Source of the DNA: Octopus bimaculoides
Lineage: Eukaryota
NCBI RefSeq assembly: GCF_001194135.2
Contig: NC_068985.1
Location: forward strand, 83,810,973 to 83,874,972
DNA length: 64,000 bases
Reading direction: 5' to 3'
The position numbers and the translations under genes are program-made. Position 1 is the stretch's first letter. The number at the start of each line of letters is the position of its first letter. Shown here in pieces: positions 38,701 through 52,549 of the stretch. The notes beneath the pieces were generated by a model. It did not search any database, was not told the origin of the DNA, and worked only from the letters and a program-made list of their open reading frames with translations.

Positions 38701-39429
38701 GTATATAGGTGTATGTATGTGTGTGTGTGTGTGTGTATGTATAGTATATATATAAATCATAGTATGTGTGTGTGTAATGATTAATGCATACATTTCCACA
38801 AGTCTCAACCTATTTTCACCAAACTTTTTGTATGCACATTACTTTGTCTTGAGGATGGTCATGCATCGTGCTCTAACGGATAGATACCATTCCTTAAACT
38901 AACCTGTTTACACCATGTACTGGGTGATTTCTGTGGAAGCAGCACTATCAAGGTTATCATGCAGCTTGCAAGACTATGAACCCCAAGTGGGTCACCTTTA
39001 TGCTGGAAGATGAGGAGTAGTGAGAGGTTAAAGTATGAGAGAAAAGAGCCAGAGCAGAAAAAGTTTTCTGCTTTATAGAAATTATGTATTCACTTCAATA
39101 AACACATACATCCAGCTTCACAGAGATACAAGCATATGTTTACATATATATTAGTTTCAAATTTTGGCACAAGGCCAGCAATTTCGTGGGTAGGGTTAAG
39201 GCAATTACACCAACTCCAGTGTTCAACTGGTACTTCTTTTATCAACCCCAAAAGGATAAAAGGTTAAGTCAACCCTGACAGAATTTGAACTCAGAACATA
39301 AAAAGTGATGAAATTCAGCTAAGCATTTAGCCCAGCATTCTAACAATTCTGTCTGTTTGACACTTTAAATCTTTTGTGGATTAAAATTTTTTTCATCAAC
39401 CAATGTTTGAGTGTTCAGACAACATTAAA

Positions 39430-40104
39430 CCCTTTACCATTTAAACCGTCCATATCCAGCCAAAATATTCAACTTGTTTTATGTCCAAATTGTCTAGATC
39501 TAGCCTCTCACACTAGCCCTACAATATCATTTCAAAAATTAATAGTTACCTCATCAAAATTTCAAAGCTACAAGATAATGCATGAGTAATTTAAAAACAA
39601 TGTGAATAAATAAGTATTAATTTTAACATTTATAAATATAGGTGCAGGAGTGGCTGTGTGGTAAGTAGCTTGCTTACCAACCACATGGTTCCGGGTTCAG
39701 TCCCATTGCGTGGCACCTTGGGCAAGTGTCTTCTACTATAGCCTCGGGCCGACCAAAGCCTTGTGAGTGGATTTGGTAGACGGAAACTGAAAGAAGCCTG
39801 TCGTATATATGTATATATATATGTATGTGTGTGTGTATCTGTGTTTGTCCCCCAACATCGCTTGACAACCGATGGTGGTGTGTTTACGTCCCCATAACTT
39901 AGCGGTTCGGCAAAAGAGACCGTTAGAATAAGTACTAGGCATCCAAAGAATAAGTCCTGGGGTCGATTAGCTCAACTAAAGGCGGTGCTCCAGCATGGCC
40001 ACAGTCAAATGACTGAAACAAGTAAAAGAGTAAGTATTATAAATATGTATTACTTTTATTTTAATAAATATTACTTTTAACAGAATAATGGGAATACTAA
40101 AGAC
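39430..40104 (+). mobile_element. piggyBac-type MITE split by a family A SINE
   Basis: Left part CCCTTTACCATT... at 39430-39630; right end ...ACAGAATAATGGGAATACTAAAGAC|TTAA at 40080-40108. Confidence 0.75.
39640..40036 (+). mobile_element. Family A SINE, young, 10-bp TSD
   Basis: CpG-rich copy very similar to 43126; TTATAAATAT at 39630-39639 and 40037-40046. Confidence 0.92.
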
Positions 40105-40196
40105 TTAAACATATTAAATTCACCTAACTGTCTCATTTTTCCAAACAAGAAGTGTTTGAAAAGGATTTGAGTGTGATTTGTTTTTCCTGGAGTTAA

Positions 40197-42214
40197 TCTA
40201 TAATATGAATCCCGTTCTATTTGTGCATGTGTGTGTGTGTGAGTGTGTATAAAAAATTATAATGGCCATATTTTTCAACTGATTTTCTCCAAACTGGGGA
40301 CATACATTAGTTATGTTCCAGGGATGGTTTTAGACTCCTAAAATTTTTCACATAATGAGTAATGGGCTCCCTGAGGGCAGAAAATACCTGTTCCTGGGTT
40401 AAGTGGTGAAGGATGGTAACTCTTTTCAAACTAACTTTCAGAAATTGATTGTCTCCCTTACATCCATTGGTCATAAAAAAATTTAAATATTGCTTTATAT
40501 ATTAGATTCACGTCTTTGAAAGTTTTTTTAAATATTTACTTCAGGCTTTCTAGCGTCTCTATCTATCCATCTCTATCTTTCTATATTTCTCTATCTATAT
40601 CTCTGTATCCATCTCTATCTCTATATCTATCAATCTCTCTGTATCTTATCTATCCATATCTCTTATTTGTCTAACTAGGTAGCTCTCTCCCCCTCTCTCT
40701 ATATCTTGCTCACTCTCTATTGTTTTCACTTTAATTTATCAGACGCAATTGTTTTCACTTTAAGTTCAATCGCTATTCTTTTCACTGTAAGTTTTTAATT
40801 GCTATTTACAAACAACGACAAATTACTGACAGAAAGAGGCTCACTATTACTGATGAAAGTAATTTCATACATAATTTACTGACATAAATAACTTTATAAA
40901 TTTTACTTCAATCCATACACTTCGTTAAATTTGCATACAAATTTCTTATTTACTTTTGTGACGTTTTGTGTTTTTTGTTTCTTGACGGAATTACAGATAA
41001 AAGTAAATTCATAATTTACTGACAGAAGTAACTTCAAAAATTCATTTAAATCCATGCAAAGTTAATTTCCCTAAAAATTCCTCATTTATTTTTGCAACGG
41101 TTTTGTGTTTTTCTACTGTTAAGTTTTTTTCTGGTTCCTTTGATACTGGCTCTTTGGTTCACTGACAAATTTCACTTCAACCCATACGATTCTTTATTTT
41201 CTGTAAAAATTTCTTATTTACTTTCTGCCCGTCTTATTAAGAAATATAATTTCCATTACCCAGTTGTTTTCATTGTTTACTATCTTCTGCACCTGTATAT
41301 TTCTGTATACGCATATAACCATGCCTAGAAGGAAAGTGTCAAATTTGTCTACAATGTCAAGGTCAGCCAAAAGAATGTCTCTGTCCAGGAAAAGAAAGAC
41401 AACTGCAGAAAAGGAAGCATACCAAGCAACAAAAAGACTGTTCACTACAAAAGCCAGAACATCTCAAAGTGATGGACAGTGGTATGCATGGCTGACACGG
41501 AATAGGATTTCCATTGCAGAATGAAGAGCAGTTGCAACAGCTCAGAGAAGCAACTTCTATGAAGCAGCTTTCAGTTATGATCCAGCAGTTCCTTATGCAG
41601 ATGACACTAGAGTTTTCATTGGTGCAATGACAAATGAGTGCATACATTGTAAAGCAAGGAAGTGGCCTTCAGATACACTTGCCCTGTGCCGCAGTGGTGA
41701 AAAGGTTGAACACCCTGCAATCCCCCAACCTCCAGAGTCATTGAAAAAACTGCTGTCATCAACTGACCAAAATTTCCAAACACTTCCAAAAGAAAATTAG
41801 ACAATACCACACTGCACTACAGATGACATTATTTGGAGCCACAAGAGATTCTTGCTGAGCCAGGATTCAAGGTCAGATTTATCATCGGATTGGCTCTCTA
41901 CTTTTTCCGTCAAATGAATCTCCAAAATTGGCCTTTCATTGTTTATAATCTGTACCTGTTTTTTGGTTATGAAATAAGCTACACAATGCATGTTTTTGAA
42001 TTAAGTGTATTTACTTTATATACATATATGAGTTGAAAACTTTATTTTAACATTTCACTTAACATCTATGTTCCATGCTGGCATGGGTTTCAGAGTTATC
42101 AATGTCGAAAGTTAGTATCTCAGCCACTAACAGTTGAGACCTGCATAATCTAGGTGACATTTTAAAATTTCATTATTCTCTTTAACCTAGGTAATGCCGG
42201 CATATTTCTGCTTG
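40197..42214 (+). mobile_element. Internally deleted Helitron
   Basis: A|TC 5' end at 40197, microsatellite and three ~150-bp subrepeats (about 40820-41230), Rep N-terminal coding remnant, and a 3' decayed hairpin CCTAGGTAATGCCGG then CTTG|T (CTAG|T-like). Confidence 0.75.
41321..41945 (+). pseudogene. Helitron RepHel N-terminal region, disrupted
   Basis: AFSYDPAVPY...IGAMTNECIHCKARKW...GEKVEHPAIPQPPESLKKLL, then QMTLFGA...IQGQIYHRIGSLL, the motifs preceding the Helitron Rep domain; stops and frameshifts present. Confidence 0.88.
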
Positions 42215-43125
42215 TGATAAAATATGTTGCTTTCTGCAGAATACAAATGAAAAGATAGACTTAAGGATTGGTCTTTTATGTTTTGTTGGCTTCCAGCCTT
42301 CTCTTGATCTGTTCATGGAGAACTTAATTGAAAACTTAGAAAAGTAAACATAGTTACTTAATGTTTTCTGAATATGAGTTAATGTCTTTAGCAGATCTAG
42401 AGTAAAGAAGGGATTGTGAATGATAATGAAAGGACTTTGACAGAGCTAACTGATAATTGATTAAGTGAACAATTAATCAAACTGATTAGTTAATTGGTTA
42501 AATGTCAACAAATTGGCTAATAAGAATGATAATAAAAGAAGTGAAATAGAATCAGTGTATGTGTTTATTATTATTATAATGATACTCTTTAGATGCAGCA
42601 AAATCTGTTTCAACATTGGTTTACATCAAGAATCTTGCCAACCAAAGAATGAAATATTCAACTTAACAAATATTACGAAATAACTGTGATCTTGACATTA
42701 AGAAGCCAGTATTTTAATCACTTGGTTATTGTGTTGACGAATGCACTTTAATATAACAACCTTTAATGATATAGAAATATTATTTTAATATTATAGCCAT
42801 GGTATTTAAGTGATCAATATTTGTCAGTAAAAACTCTCAGGCAAAATTAAAAAGAAGATATTAGTTATCTGCTATATCAATATTGAAATAGACTTTCTTT
42901 AAAACAAATTACTCAGATATCAGAAAAATGATGCAAATAGAAACTGGAATAATTGTACTGTACAAAAAAGTTGCTCAAGTAATTGAAATACCTTTCTTAT
43001 ATGAGGTTAATTAAATCACCTTATACACTGTATCTATTTTTCAGAACATGTATATGATGTACAAATGAATTTGAGCTCAAATAGATTCAAATGGATTTGA
43101 GCTGAAATAGATACTCCATAATTAT

Positions 43126-43546
43126 AGGCGCAGGAGTGGCTGTGTGGTAAGTAGCTTACTTACTAACCACATGGTTCCGGGTTCAGTCCCATTGCGTGGC
43201 ACCTTGGGCAAGTGTCTTCTACTATAGCCTCGGGCCGACCAAAGCCTTGTGAGTGGATTTGCTAGACGAAAACTGAAAGAAGCCCGTCATATATATGTAT
43301 ATATGGATATATATATATATATGTTGTGTATCTGTGTTTGTCCCCCCAACATCGCTTGACAACCGATGCTGGTGTGTTTAAGTCCCCGTATCTTAGCGGT
43401 TCGGCAAAAAGAGACCGATAGAATAAGTACTAGGCTTACAAAGAATAAGTCCTGGGGTCGATTTGATTTGACTAAAGGCGGTGCTCCAGCATGGCCGCAG
43501 TCAAATGACTGAAACAAGTAAAAGAATAAAAGAATAAAGAATAAAA
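43126..43546 (+). mobile_element. Family A SINE, young, (AAAGAAT)n tail
   Basis: Intact A/B boxes, CORE-like GTGGCACCTTGGGCAAGTGTCTTCT, internal (TA)n and complete 3' module. Confidence 0.92.
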
Positions 43547-46009
43547 TGCATATTTATGTAGTTGGTGTGTAGTTTATATTGTTTTGTATCTAATTGGAAA
43601 AATAATTTCAGTGGGTTGTTTTTAGGTTTGGTAAGAGTGTCTGTGAGAGCCGTGTCTGATGTTTAGGTTTGGTCTCTTGGTTGATCCATTTTATATTACT
43701 TATACCTTATAATTGAGTCTCTAGTGAAACATTTCAAATTACTTCTCTGATTCCACTGTGAGTACTAAGCTGTCAGTACACAGGAGTTCTTTCAGACAAC
43801 TTGTCTGAACTCAGCTTCAATGGACACTTGCATTTACATTAAATTCTTAACTGAACTCATTTCCAACTTTTCCAACTCTCATTTACCAAAGACTGTATCT
43901 GAACATGGTTTGTACAACTCTTGCACTTAGTTTTCTTAATGACCACCTGAATACAGCATGTGGTATCCTTGTCAAATATGGAGAATTTAGATCAATTGAT
44001 AGTAAGCATAATGTCTTTCTGTTAGCCAAGGATGTCTCTTTTAGTTGTCTCATTAGGAAAAGGACATTGTTATCCCAAACCCAAACTGCTTTGCATCTAA
44101 GCCAATTCTCTTCCTAATGACTTGTGCTACATTTGTGTTACCATTGTAATTTACTCCATCAGTTTGGTACTACTTTAAGTGGTTATTTATAGGACATTTC
44201 CAAATTTCTTTAATTGGTATAATGAAAAGTAAGTCTGGAGAGGTTGAAGAGATAATAGAGGTGAGTAGATGATTGCTATTCATAAAAGACCTAGGAGTGA
44301 GGGAAATCTCAGCGAGACTCTTCATGAGTAAAAAATACAAATATAAATTCTTCTGGGTGGGCGGAGTAAGAATGTATACGAGTCAATTGAGTAATTTATC
44401 TTCATGCACTCAAGAAGAATTAATGTCTTTATTATGTATTTAACATTTGACAGGTTTTTTGGCTCTTTCGTTGACATATTCACAAGATAGGTGACAATAG
44501 GAACTAAATGAAAGCTCCCTACTCTCTTATTTTATTACTCAGACTCTTTAACAGTTAGTAAACGTTTATACAATTTCTCCTCTATCATATGTCATAAATG
44601 ATACCACAGTTTTAATTATTTTCAAGTTAATTTATTATAATTCCACTTTTTACCTACACCTGTTTTTATAAACATACTTTAACTGCAAAATCAGAAATAA
44701 GTATTTCCCAGTAAATTCCATTATGTTTATTTGCCAAAATATGTACATTTTTGTTTGTAAATGTAATCTGTTGGGTGAGTTCTAGTTGAAACCACATCAA
44801 CCATTACTGCAATCCATTGAAGTAGAGTAGACATAAGCTGCTTGGAATTATAGTAAACTGGTCATCATACACTCTAACTAATGAATAGGGAGATAGAAAT
44901 GTAATCTCTAGCTGAAAGAAGGCATTGCAGAATGTCTTTATATTATCTTATCTTATAGAATCTTCAAAGATAATCGACAGTTACAGAGGAAAACCAAACA
45001 TCATTATGAAGAATTTCTCATTGAACAAATCCCCTATTGATTAGGGATTGGGATGGTTGGTGTACTAGACCGGAGATAAGCTCTGAGTGACCAGTCAGTG
45101 AATGGCATGTTGATTGAAGGATGATATTCCTTTTGTTAAAGTAGTGTGATATCCATTTGTTTCTCTTTGGAATCTTCCTTTGTTGGCAATATTACTGTCT
45201 TTAGTCTTGTAATTTACTGCTTATATAATTATTGGTACTGTTCAGATGATATCATCATTACCATGACAACCATGTACATATACACACTCTTGCGCTCTCT
45301 CTTTCTTTCTCTCTGTCTCTGTCTGTCTCTCTCTCTCTCTCTCATGCACACACACATATGAACACAATTATTTTATCTTCATTATTATCTTTGTCTTCAA
45401 CTCATTAAAGACAAACCAGCAATTTTTGAAAATATCTATTTATTTTAGCCAGTTTTTATACTTATTTTAAGTGTAATATTTCACATAAATTGTTTTAGTT
45501 TAGGGAAAGAAATTGAATGTTCTCCGAAAAAAACAAACAAAAGAAAACAAGTAAATGAGAGAGAAAGAGAGGGTGGGGAACAATTAAATTTGTTTTATTT
45601 TCATTTTAATAATGCTGGTTAGTGAAATGAAACTTATACAACCTCTTCAAGTATCTTGGTTTTGAATTAAATTTGTCATATATTTGTTGCTATTGACCTG
45701 AACTTTTGATTGCAATAATAAAAGATAGGGAACTATTCAACTGTTATATAAATGATTATTTCTTACTCTAGTTTAACTGTGTTTTTTGTGATTCCTATCT
45801 ACAGTTAGGTGGTGTGTGTTAGTGGAAGCTAAACATCTGTGCTAGAGACTTAGAATAACAGCAATGATGAGAATTCTTTTTTTTTTTCTTTTGTCTCTTT
45901 ACCAGTAAATCAACACTTGAGTAATTTAGCTATCTGCAACTCTTAAAATGAGTTTTCTCAGTTATTTTTCAAGTTAAAAGTTGTGAACAACGGAATATTA
46001 CATGCAATT

Positions 46010-46665
46010 CCTTCATGTGACTTTTAGAGGCCCCCTGCAACTTTTTGTTTCGTGGCCCCCATCCCTTCTGTCAAAATTCATAGTTTACGCACATTTTATT
46101 CATAGCTATATTTGATTTTATTCTATCTGAAGTTCAGTATTTCACATTATCCTAAAGAACATCTTTAAAAGTACAAGTTAAATTTATTTTGGTCTATTAC
46201 AAATTTCAACAAGTAAAACTTCCAGATATGAATGAAATAGCACTTTTATAATCCAGGCAACTTTCAAAGATGAACACGGTGCACTTTTCAATTCACAAAA
46301 TCATCAATCATTTCAGAATAACCAAACTGAGCGCTAAGTTCGTGTTCAATAGATATCATAGACAATCCACAAAATCTGGTACATGTTAATGGTGCAATGT
46401 AATATTTTTGCCAGAACGTTTGCAGGTACATTGTATTAATGTTTTATTTCTTGAAATTTTCAGTTAACATAGTTTAATTCTTGTTTAACATCTTAACCAA
46501 AGTAAATAGATGACTCATCTACATANNNNNNNNNNTTGTTTAACATCTTAACCAAAGTAAATAGATGACTCATCTACATACTTTGATCTTAACATGGGAC
46601 CCCTCAACTGCAGAGACCCCCTACAACCATAAGGGTTGCAGGAGCTTAGTGGCAGCTCTGATTAT
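46010..46665 (-). mobile_element. hAT transposon remnant
   Basis: Minus frame near 46260-46365 gives GLSMISIEHELSAQFGYSEMIDDF, resembling the hAT C-terminal dimerisation region; GGCCCC/GACCCC subterminal motifs at both ends. Confidence 0.6.
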
Positions 46666-47979
46666 ATGTGTTCTTGCTCCCAGCCTCAATTCCTTACATA
46701 TACCTGTTTTACCTTTCTCTTTCTGCAATGCATACTGATTGTAAGAATAATGTTCTTTTATTCTTACAACTATAAACCTCTGGAACATTTGTGTCATTAC
46801 AAAGCCATAAAATTAATACATTATTGAATTCATTTATTTCTCTCTTTACCTTTTTAGTTTCCACCTCATGGTATTATGTTAAATAGTATCCCTCATTAAT
46901 TATGTCTTTCTGTCCCTTCCCCTCTCTCTTTCGCTCTTTGTCTTTACCTGTCCATCTGACAGTCCATCTCTTATTGCATCCATCAGTCAGTCTGTATCTC
47001 CACCAGGATGCCTAGACGCCCATTTTTATATTTGTCTATTTTTCTGTTCATCCATCTATCCTCTACTCAATCTGTCTATCTCTTAATCTATCCATCTTTC
47101 AATGAATCAATACATCCATCAATAAATCAGTCAGTTTGAAGAGAGTCCTGTAGAGCTATGTCAAATAAAACCCAGTTCTTGTTCTTGATTTTTCTAAACA
47201 CAAGTAATCACAAACACATTCAGCCCTTATAATGAATACATTTATCTTGTAATATTTATATATAAAGGGAAATATATTCAGTATGAGGGCTGAGCATGCA
47301 GTGTTTTGTCAAGAGGTAGTCATACTTATTTCTATCTGCAAAATATATATACCTAGTTCAAATAGAAAGTTGTTTGCATCCATAATAAATATCAAAATGC
47401 TCCTCTTAAGCTACCAGATTTTTTTATGGCTGGTGCATAGGTCCAGTTTTATGACATGAGACAAATAAAAGACAGATTATTTTATGGGAAGATGTTAGTC
47501 TCTTGCAAGTGACATTCTCAGATTATTCAGCAGTTTAGGTGAACTAAGGTAATATAAAATAAATTGTTCTATCTGGTAACATTATGAAATGCCTGCATCA
47601 CATTAGAACTATACCTGGGAGCAGGTAGTTCACTATTTTACCCATTTAGTCATTTCAACATGGACAGATACAGTAGTTTGCTAAACTAGAAGTATCTTTT
47701 GTGTTGATAGATATTTTGTTTTGGTTTAATGGCAATAAGCAGTTGAGAGATAAAAACACTTGTAAAAGATGTCAATCTCTTTTGAATGAAATTCTCAGAT
47801 AAATTATTTCCTATTTCTGAAGTCTGAGTGAACTGAATTATGTAAAATTAAATCTGTTGTACACACTGAATGACTAAGTTCAAAATACATTTTAATGTTA
47901 AACTACCATGATTTTACAAGGGAAGATGAATATATTTTTGAAGAGTTGAATAACAAGTTAACTTTTCATTCTTCCAGAT

Positions 47980-49050
47980 AAAATGTTTATACAAAGACAA
48001 AGAGAAAATTGCTGCAGTCTGTATCTACACCTGCAGATTAATGACAATCTCCCAGAAAGCCTAATTTCCAATATTGTTTTAATTCTCAGTTGAGCCTTTG
48101 CACTTAGCTCTTCTTGTTTTTAACTTTATTTGAAATAGCTAAGAGCTGACATTCACAATGTCTTTTTCAAATTTAGCTGAAATGTGGCACAAGTGTAACT
48201 GAAGATCTCTATTAATCTAGAACCATTATTAGATTGGAAAATAATCTAATAATGCATAATTAAAATTGAACACGAGCATAAATTTGAATGACAAGGTGGA
48301 AGAGATTCATTTTGAGAGAAGGTAAAAAAAAAGAACACCTAGCATCAATTGCAAGCAGCTCCAAATGAAATGGAAGATAATACCAAGATATCAAAAATTC
48401 TCCAGACTTAACTTGCCATCAATGAAGAGACAGTCTGTTTACTAATGGAAACAAGTGGATATTTAAAGATAAGTGTTACTGGCCAAATAGGTGTCATTGT
48501 CACAGCACTGAAATCCAGCCAGACATAAGACTTTGATATAGACAAAATGTGTAGAGAACATTTATGACCTAGGATAAATAGTATAATTAAAACAACTGGG
48601 AATGTTTATCTCTAACAACAGTGCCATCCAAAACATGCGAGTAGAATTAATTTTGTGGTTCACATTTTAGCTTTGTAAAAAGTTAGTATCTTTTGAGAAC
48701 TGAAGTAGTTTTTGGACCTGACAACAAAACTTAGTTTATGGGAAGATTTTATATAGATGAATGAAATTTCACCAGAAAGTGTGAGGTTGATAATTCCTTG
48801 TTAGTGCAATAGTTTTTGTGTAATAGTGCTGTTGATGGCAACCCGGTTGTTGCATTCCCATTGCAGTATGGTCTTCAAGGTCCCTTTTCAGGAAGGAGGT
48901 GCAAGTTTAGTGGGAAAGATGTCACAAGTCTACAGACTTTCCTAATATCCTAGAAACCAGTATTGTAATAGTCTAAGTGGGTAGGAAACAGGGAGCATGA
49001 CCAAAATATTTTGTCTTGGACAATAAGCTATGACATCCTGCTAAGTAAGA
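47980..49050 (+). mobile_element. Possible ancient RTE-like LINE remnant
   Basis: Scattered motif echoes only: IKCLYKD, ALSSSCFNFI and LAINEETV. Confidence 0.3.
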
Positions 49051-49122
49051 AGTTGTAGTAAGACTATTTCCATGACACACAAACAATTTTTGAAAGAATA
49101 GGAATTGTATAATAATGATAAT

Positions 49123-49363
49123 TCTTTCTGCTATAGACAAAAGGCCTAGAATTTTAGGGGAGGCGGTAAGTCAACTTCATCGACCGCCAGTACTTGACTG
49201 GTACTTAATTTATTGACTCCAGAAGGGTTAACAGCATAGTCAACCTTGGCAGAATTTGAACCCAGAACATAGCAACATTTTCCCCAGCATACTAACAATT
49301 TTGCCAGCTCACTACCTCAATAATAATAATAATAATAATAATTGTAGTAATGATAACAGTAGT

Positions 49364-49401
<38 letters not shown>

Positions 49402-49606
49402 TACTCCTTTCTACTATAGGCACAAAGGGAGAGGGGGATAGTCAATTACATTGACCCCAGTACTCAGCTGGTACGTATTTTATCAATCCCAAAAAGGAGG
49501 AAAGGCAAAATTAACCTCAGCAGAATTTGATCTCAAAATGTGAAGATAGATGAAATACCACTTAGCATTTCACCTGTTAAGCTAATAATTCTGCCAGTTC
49601 ACCGCC

Positions 49607-49608
<2 letters not shown>
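49123..49608 (-). mobile_element. Two tandem family B SINEs with AAT/AGT/AGC spacers
   Basis: Copies at about 49123-49318 and 49404-49608. Confidence 0.85.
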
Positions 49609-49654
<46 letters not shown>

Positions 49655-50414
49655 GTAGTAGTAGTAATGGTAATAATAATAGTAGTAATGATAGTAATAC
49701 TAATAGAATTTTTGAAATACAATAAAAATAGGATTTGACATCTATACTTCACTCTTCTTTAAATCGTTGTATTCAAACTGCCAACCGGAAGAGAGAATGA
49801 GTAAACTGATACGTTTCTGGAAAATTTATAAGGAATCTGATGATGTCCAAATGTAAATTCATCAAATTCTTGAAATGAATCATTTCTTTCAAAGTAAAGA
49901 AACCATAATCTAATTTATATTACTTTTTCATGCCAGATGCTCAAATGTTGCTTTGTTTGTTCTTAAAAAGAAAGAAAAAAAAAAGTTGTTTATTTATTTA
50001 CTTTATAGACATAAAAACATAACAAAAGATTAAAATGTAAAAAAACACAAAAAATGTACGAAACGTTAAAACATTTAGAGAAACAGTTGCAACATTGTTC
50101 TGATTTGAAGAAGAAAAAGAAGAAAGCTTACACATGTAAAAATTCATTAGTCTTTATTCATGTTTTTTCCAGTCTCCTATCTGTCTGTGTTTTTTTTTTC
50201 TTTACCAGTTAAGTATAAGTAGCAAAATATATACGTTACATAAATCATATGTTTATTTGTTTGTGTGTGTGTCTGCCTGCATGTATATATGTGTTTCTAA
50301 ATGTCTCTTATTCAATAGCTGTTTTAATTTTCTAAATATTTTTGTTACATTTTATTTAGAGAAGTACATTATTATTAAATAAAACTTTAATTTATCATTA
50401 ATAATAACAATGAT

Positions 50415-50619
50415 CCTTCCTACTAAAGGCACAAGGTCTGAAATTTTGAAGGAGGGGGCCTAGTCTACTACATAAATCCCAGTGTCTTACTGGTACTTCA
50501 TTTATTGACCCTGAAAGGATGAAAGGCAAAGTTGATCTCGACGGAATTTGAACTCAGAACGCAGCGGCAGACGAAATACCACTAAGCATGCTAACAATTC
50601 AGCCAGCTCACCAATTCAT

Positions 50620-50650
<31 letters not shown>

Positions 50651-51483
50651 GGTTTCAAATTTTGGCACAAGGCCAGCAATTTCGGGGAGGGAGTAAGTCG
50701 ATGAAATCGACCCCACTACTCAACTGGTACTTATTTTATCATCCACAAAAGGATGGCAAAACAAAGTTGACCTCAGCAGAATTTGAACTCGGAGCATAGC
50801 AACAGGCAAAATACTGCTAAGCGTTTTGTCCAGCACACTAATGCTTCTGCCAGCTCACCGCTTTTAATGGTTTCCAATTTTTGGCAGAAGGCCAGAAATT
50901 TTGGAGCAGGGTTAATTCAATTGCATTGACTCCAGTGTTCCGCTGGTGCCTATTTTAGTGACCCGCAAAAGGTTGAAAGGCAAAGTTGACCTCTCAGCAA
51001 ATAATAACAGTAACAATAAAAATTGTTTCTAATGAAAGTATATGGCCTGAAATTTGAGGTGGACAGAATTAGAAAATAAAATCGGTGCTTGTACATGACT
51101 GACACTTTATTTTAAGAACTCACAATGATGAAAGGTAAATTTGACCTCAGCAGGATTTGAATTTAACATAAAGGACAGAACAAATACCACAAGGCATTCT
51201 GACTCTCTAACAATACTACCAGTCCAACTCTCTAATAACAATAATTATTAGTAATAATGGTTTCAAATTTTGCCTTAAAGCCAGTAGTGGGGGAGTGATT
51301 TAATTGATTACATTGACCTCAATATTTAACTGGTACTTATTTTATTGACTCCCTCCCCAACAAAAAAAAAGATTAAAGGCAAGGTCGACCTCAGCAGAAT
51401 TTGAACTCAGAACATAAAGATGGATGAAATGCTGCTAAGCATTGTGCCCAGCATGCTGACGATTCTGCCAGCCTGCTGCCCTC
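50415..51483 (-). mobile_element. Head-to-tail array of five family B SINEs
   Basis: Copies start on plus at about 50415, 50651, 50868, 51020 and 51259, separated by short AAT-rich spacers; two 3'-end variants. Confidence 0.88.
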
Positions 51484-52123
51484 ATAATAATAATAATAAT
51501 GATAATATTAACAATGAGGATAATAATAATGATGATGATGATAAGAAGTATGTTAAGAATGATGATAATTATTATTAACAGTATTATTATTATTATTATT
51601 ATTGCTGTTTACTTGCTTGCTTGTTTTTTTACTAATTAATATAGTTTGCTTTAATAAATGAATATACAATAAGGAGAAAAGAATAAGAAAAAAACATCCA
51701 TCCATTCAAATGCTGAGTTTTAAAATAAATATATAGAACAAATAATCAAATGAAAATAAAAAACAAAACAAGTATTCTCATGTATCAGGCAGTTGGTTGT
51801 CATTTCAAGATAGAAAACAAAATACGAATAGAATTATGAATAATCTTTTCTGAAATAAGTTAAGCTCAATCAATAAAATCTTGCAGATTCCACCTTATAT
51901 CAATAATTCACCTGTGGATGGGTGAGTAGGTGACATTATATAAGAGTGATGTCTGTGTCTTGCTTAAATGTTCAACTTTTACATACATTAATTTTATTTA
52001 TTCTCATATGCATCTGAAGAGTTATATTTTCTAGTTTTGACATTTTTACTGCTGTTTTTATGATTCGTGAGAATATATGTCTGTACATATGTATGTATAT
52101 AAAACATCATATATATACATACA

Positions 52124-52177
<54 letters not shown>

Positions 52178-52549
52178 TCGTAGCACTCCGTCGGTTACAA
52201 CGTGGGTTCCAGTCGAACCGATCAATGGAACACCCTTCTCGTAAAATTAATGTGTAAGTGACTGAGCACTCCACAGACACATGTACCCTTAACGTAGTTC
52301 TCAGGAAGATTCACCGTGACAAGGCTGGCCCTTAGAAATACAGGTACAAGAGAAACAGGAAGAAAGAGTGAGAGAAAGTTGTGGTGAAAGAATACAGCAG
52401 GGTTTGCCGCGACCACCCCCTGTCGGAGCCTTGTGGAGCTTTAGGTGTCTTCACTCAATAAACCCTCACAACGCCCGGTCTGGGAATCGAAACCGTGATC
52501 CTTTGACCACAACTCCACTGCCCTAACCACTGGGTGATTGCACCTCCAT
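52178..52549 (-). mobile_element. tRNA SINE family C
   Basis: Colinear with 22411-22799. Confidence 0.9.

Noticed and set aside
46481-46580. Exact 45-bp direct repeat around 10 Ns
   Set aside because: Typical unmerged contig overlap, not a biological duplication.
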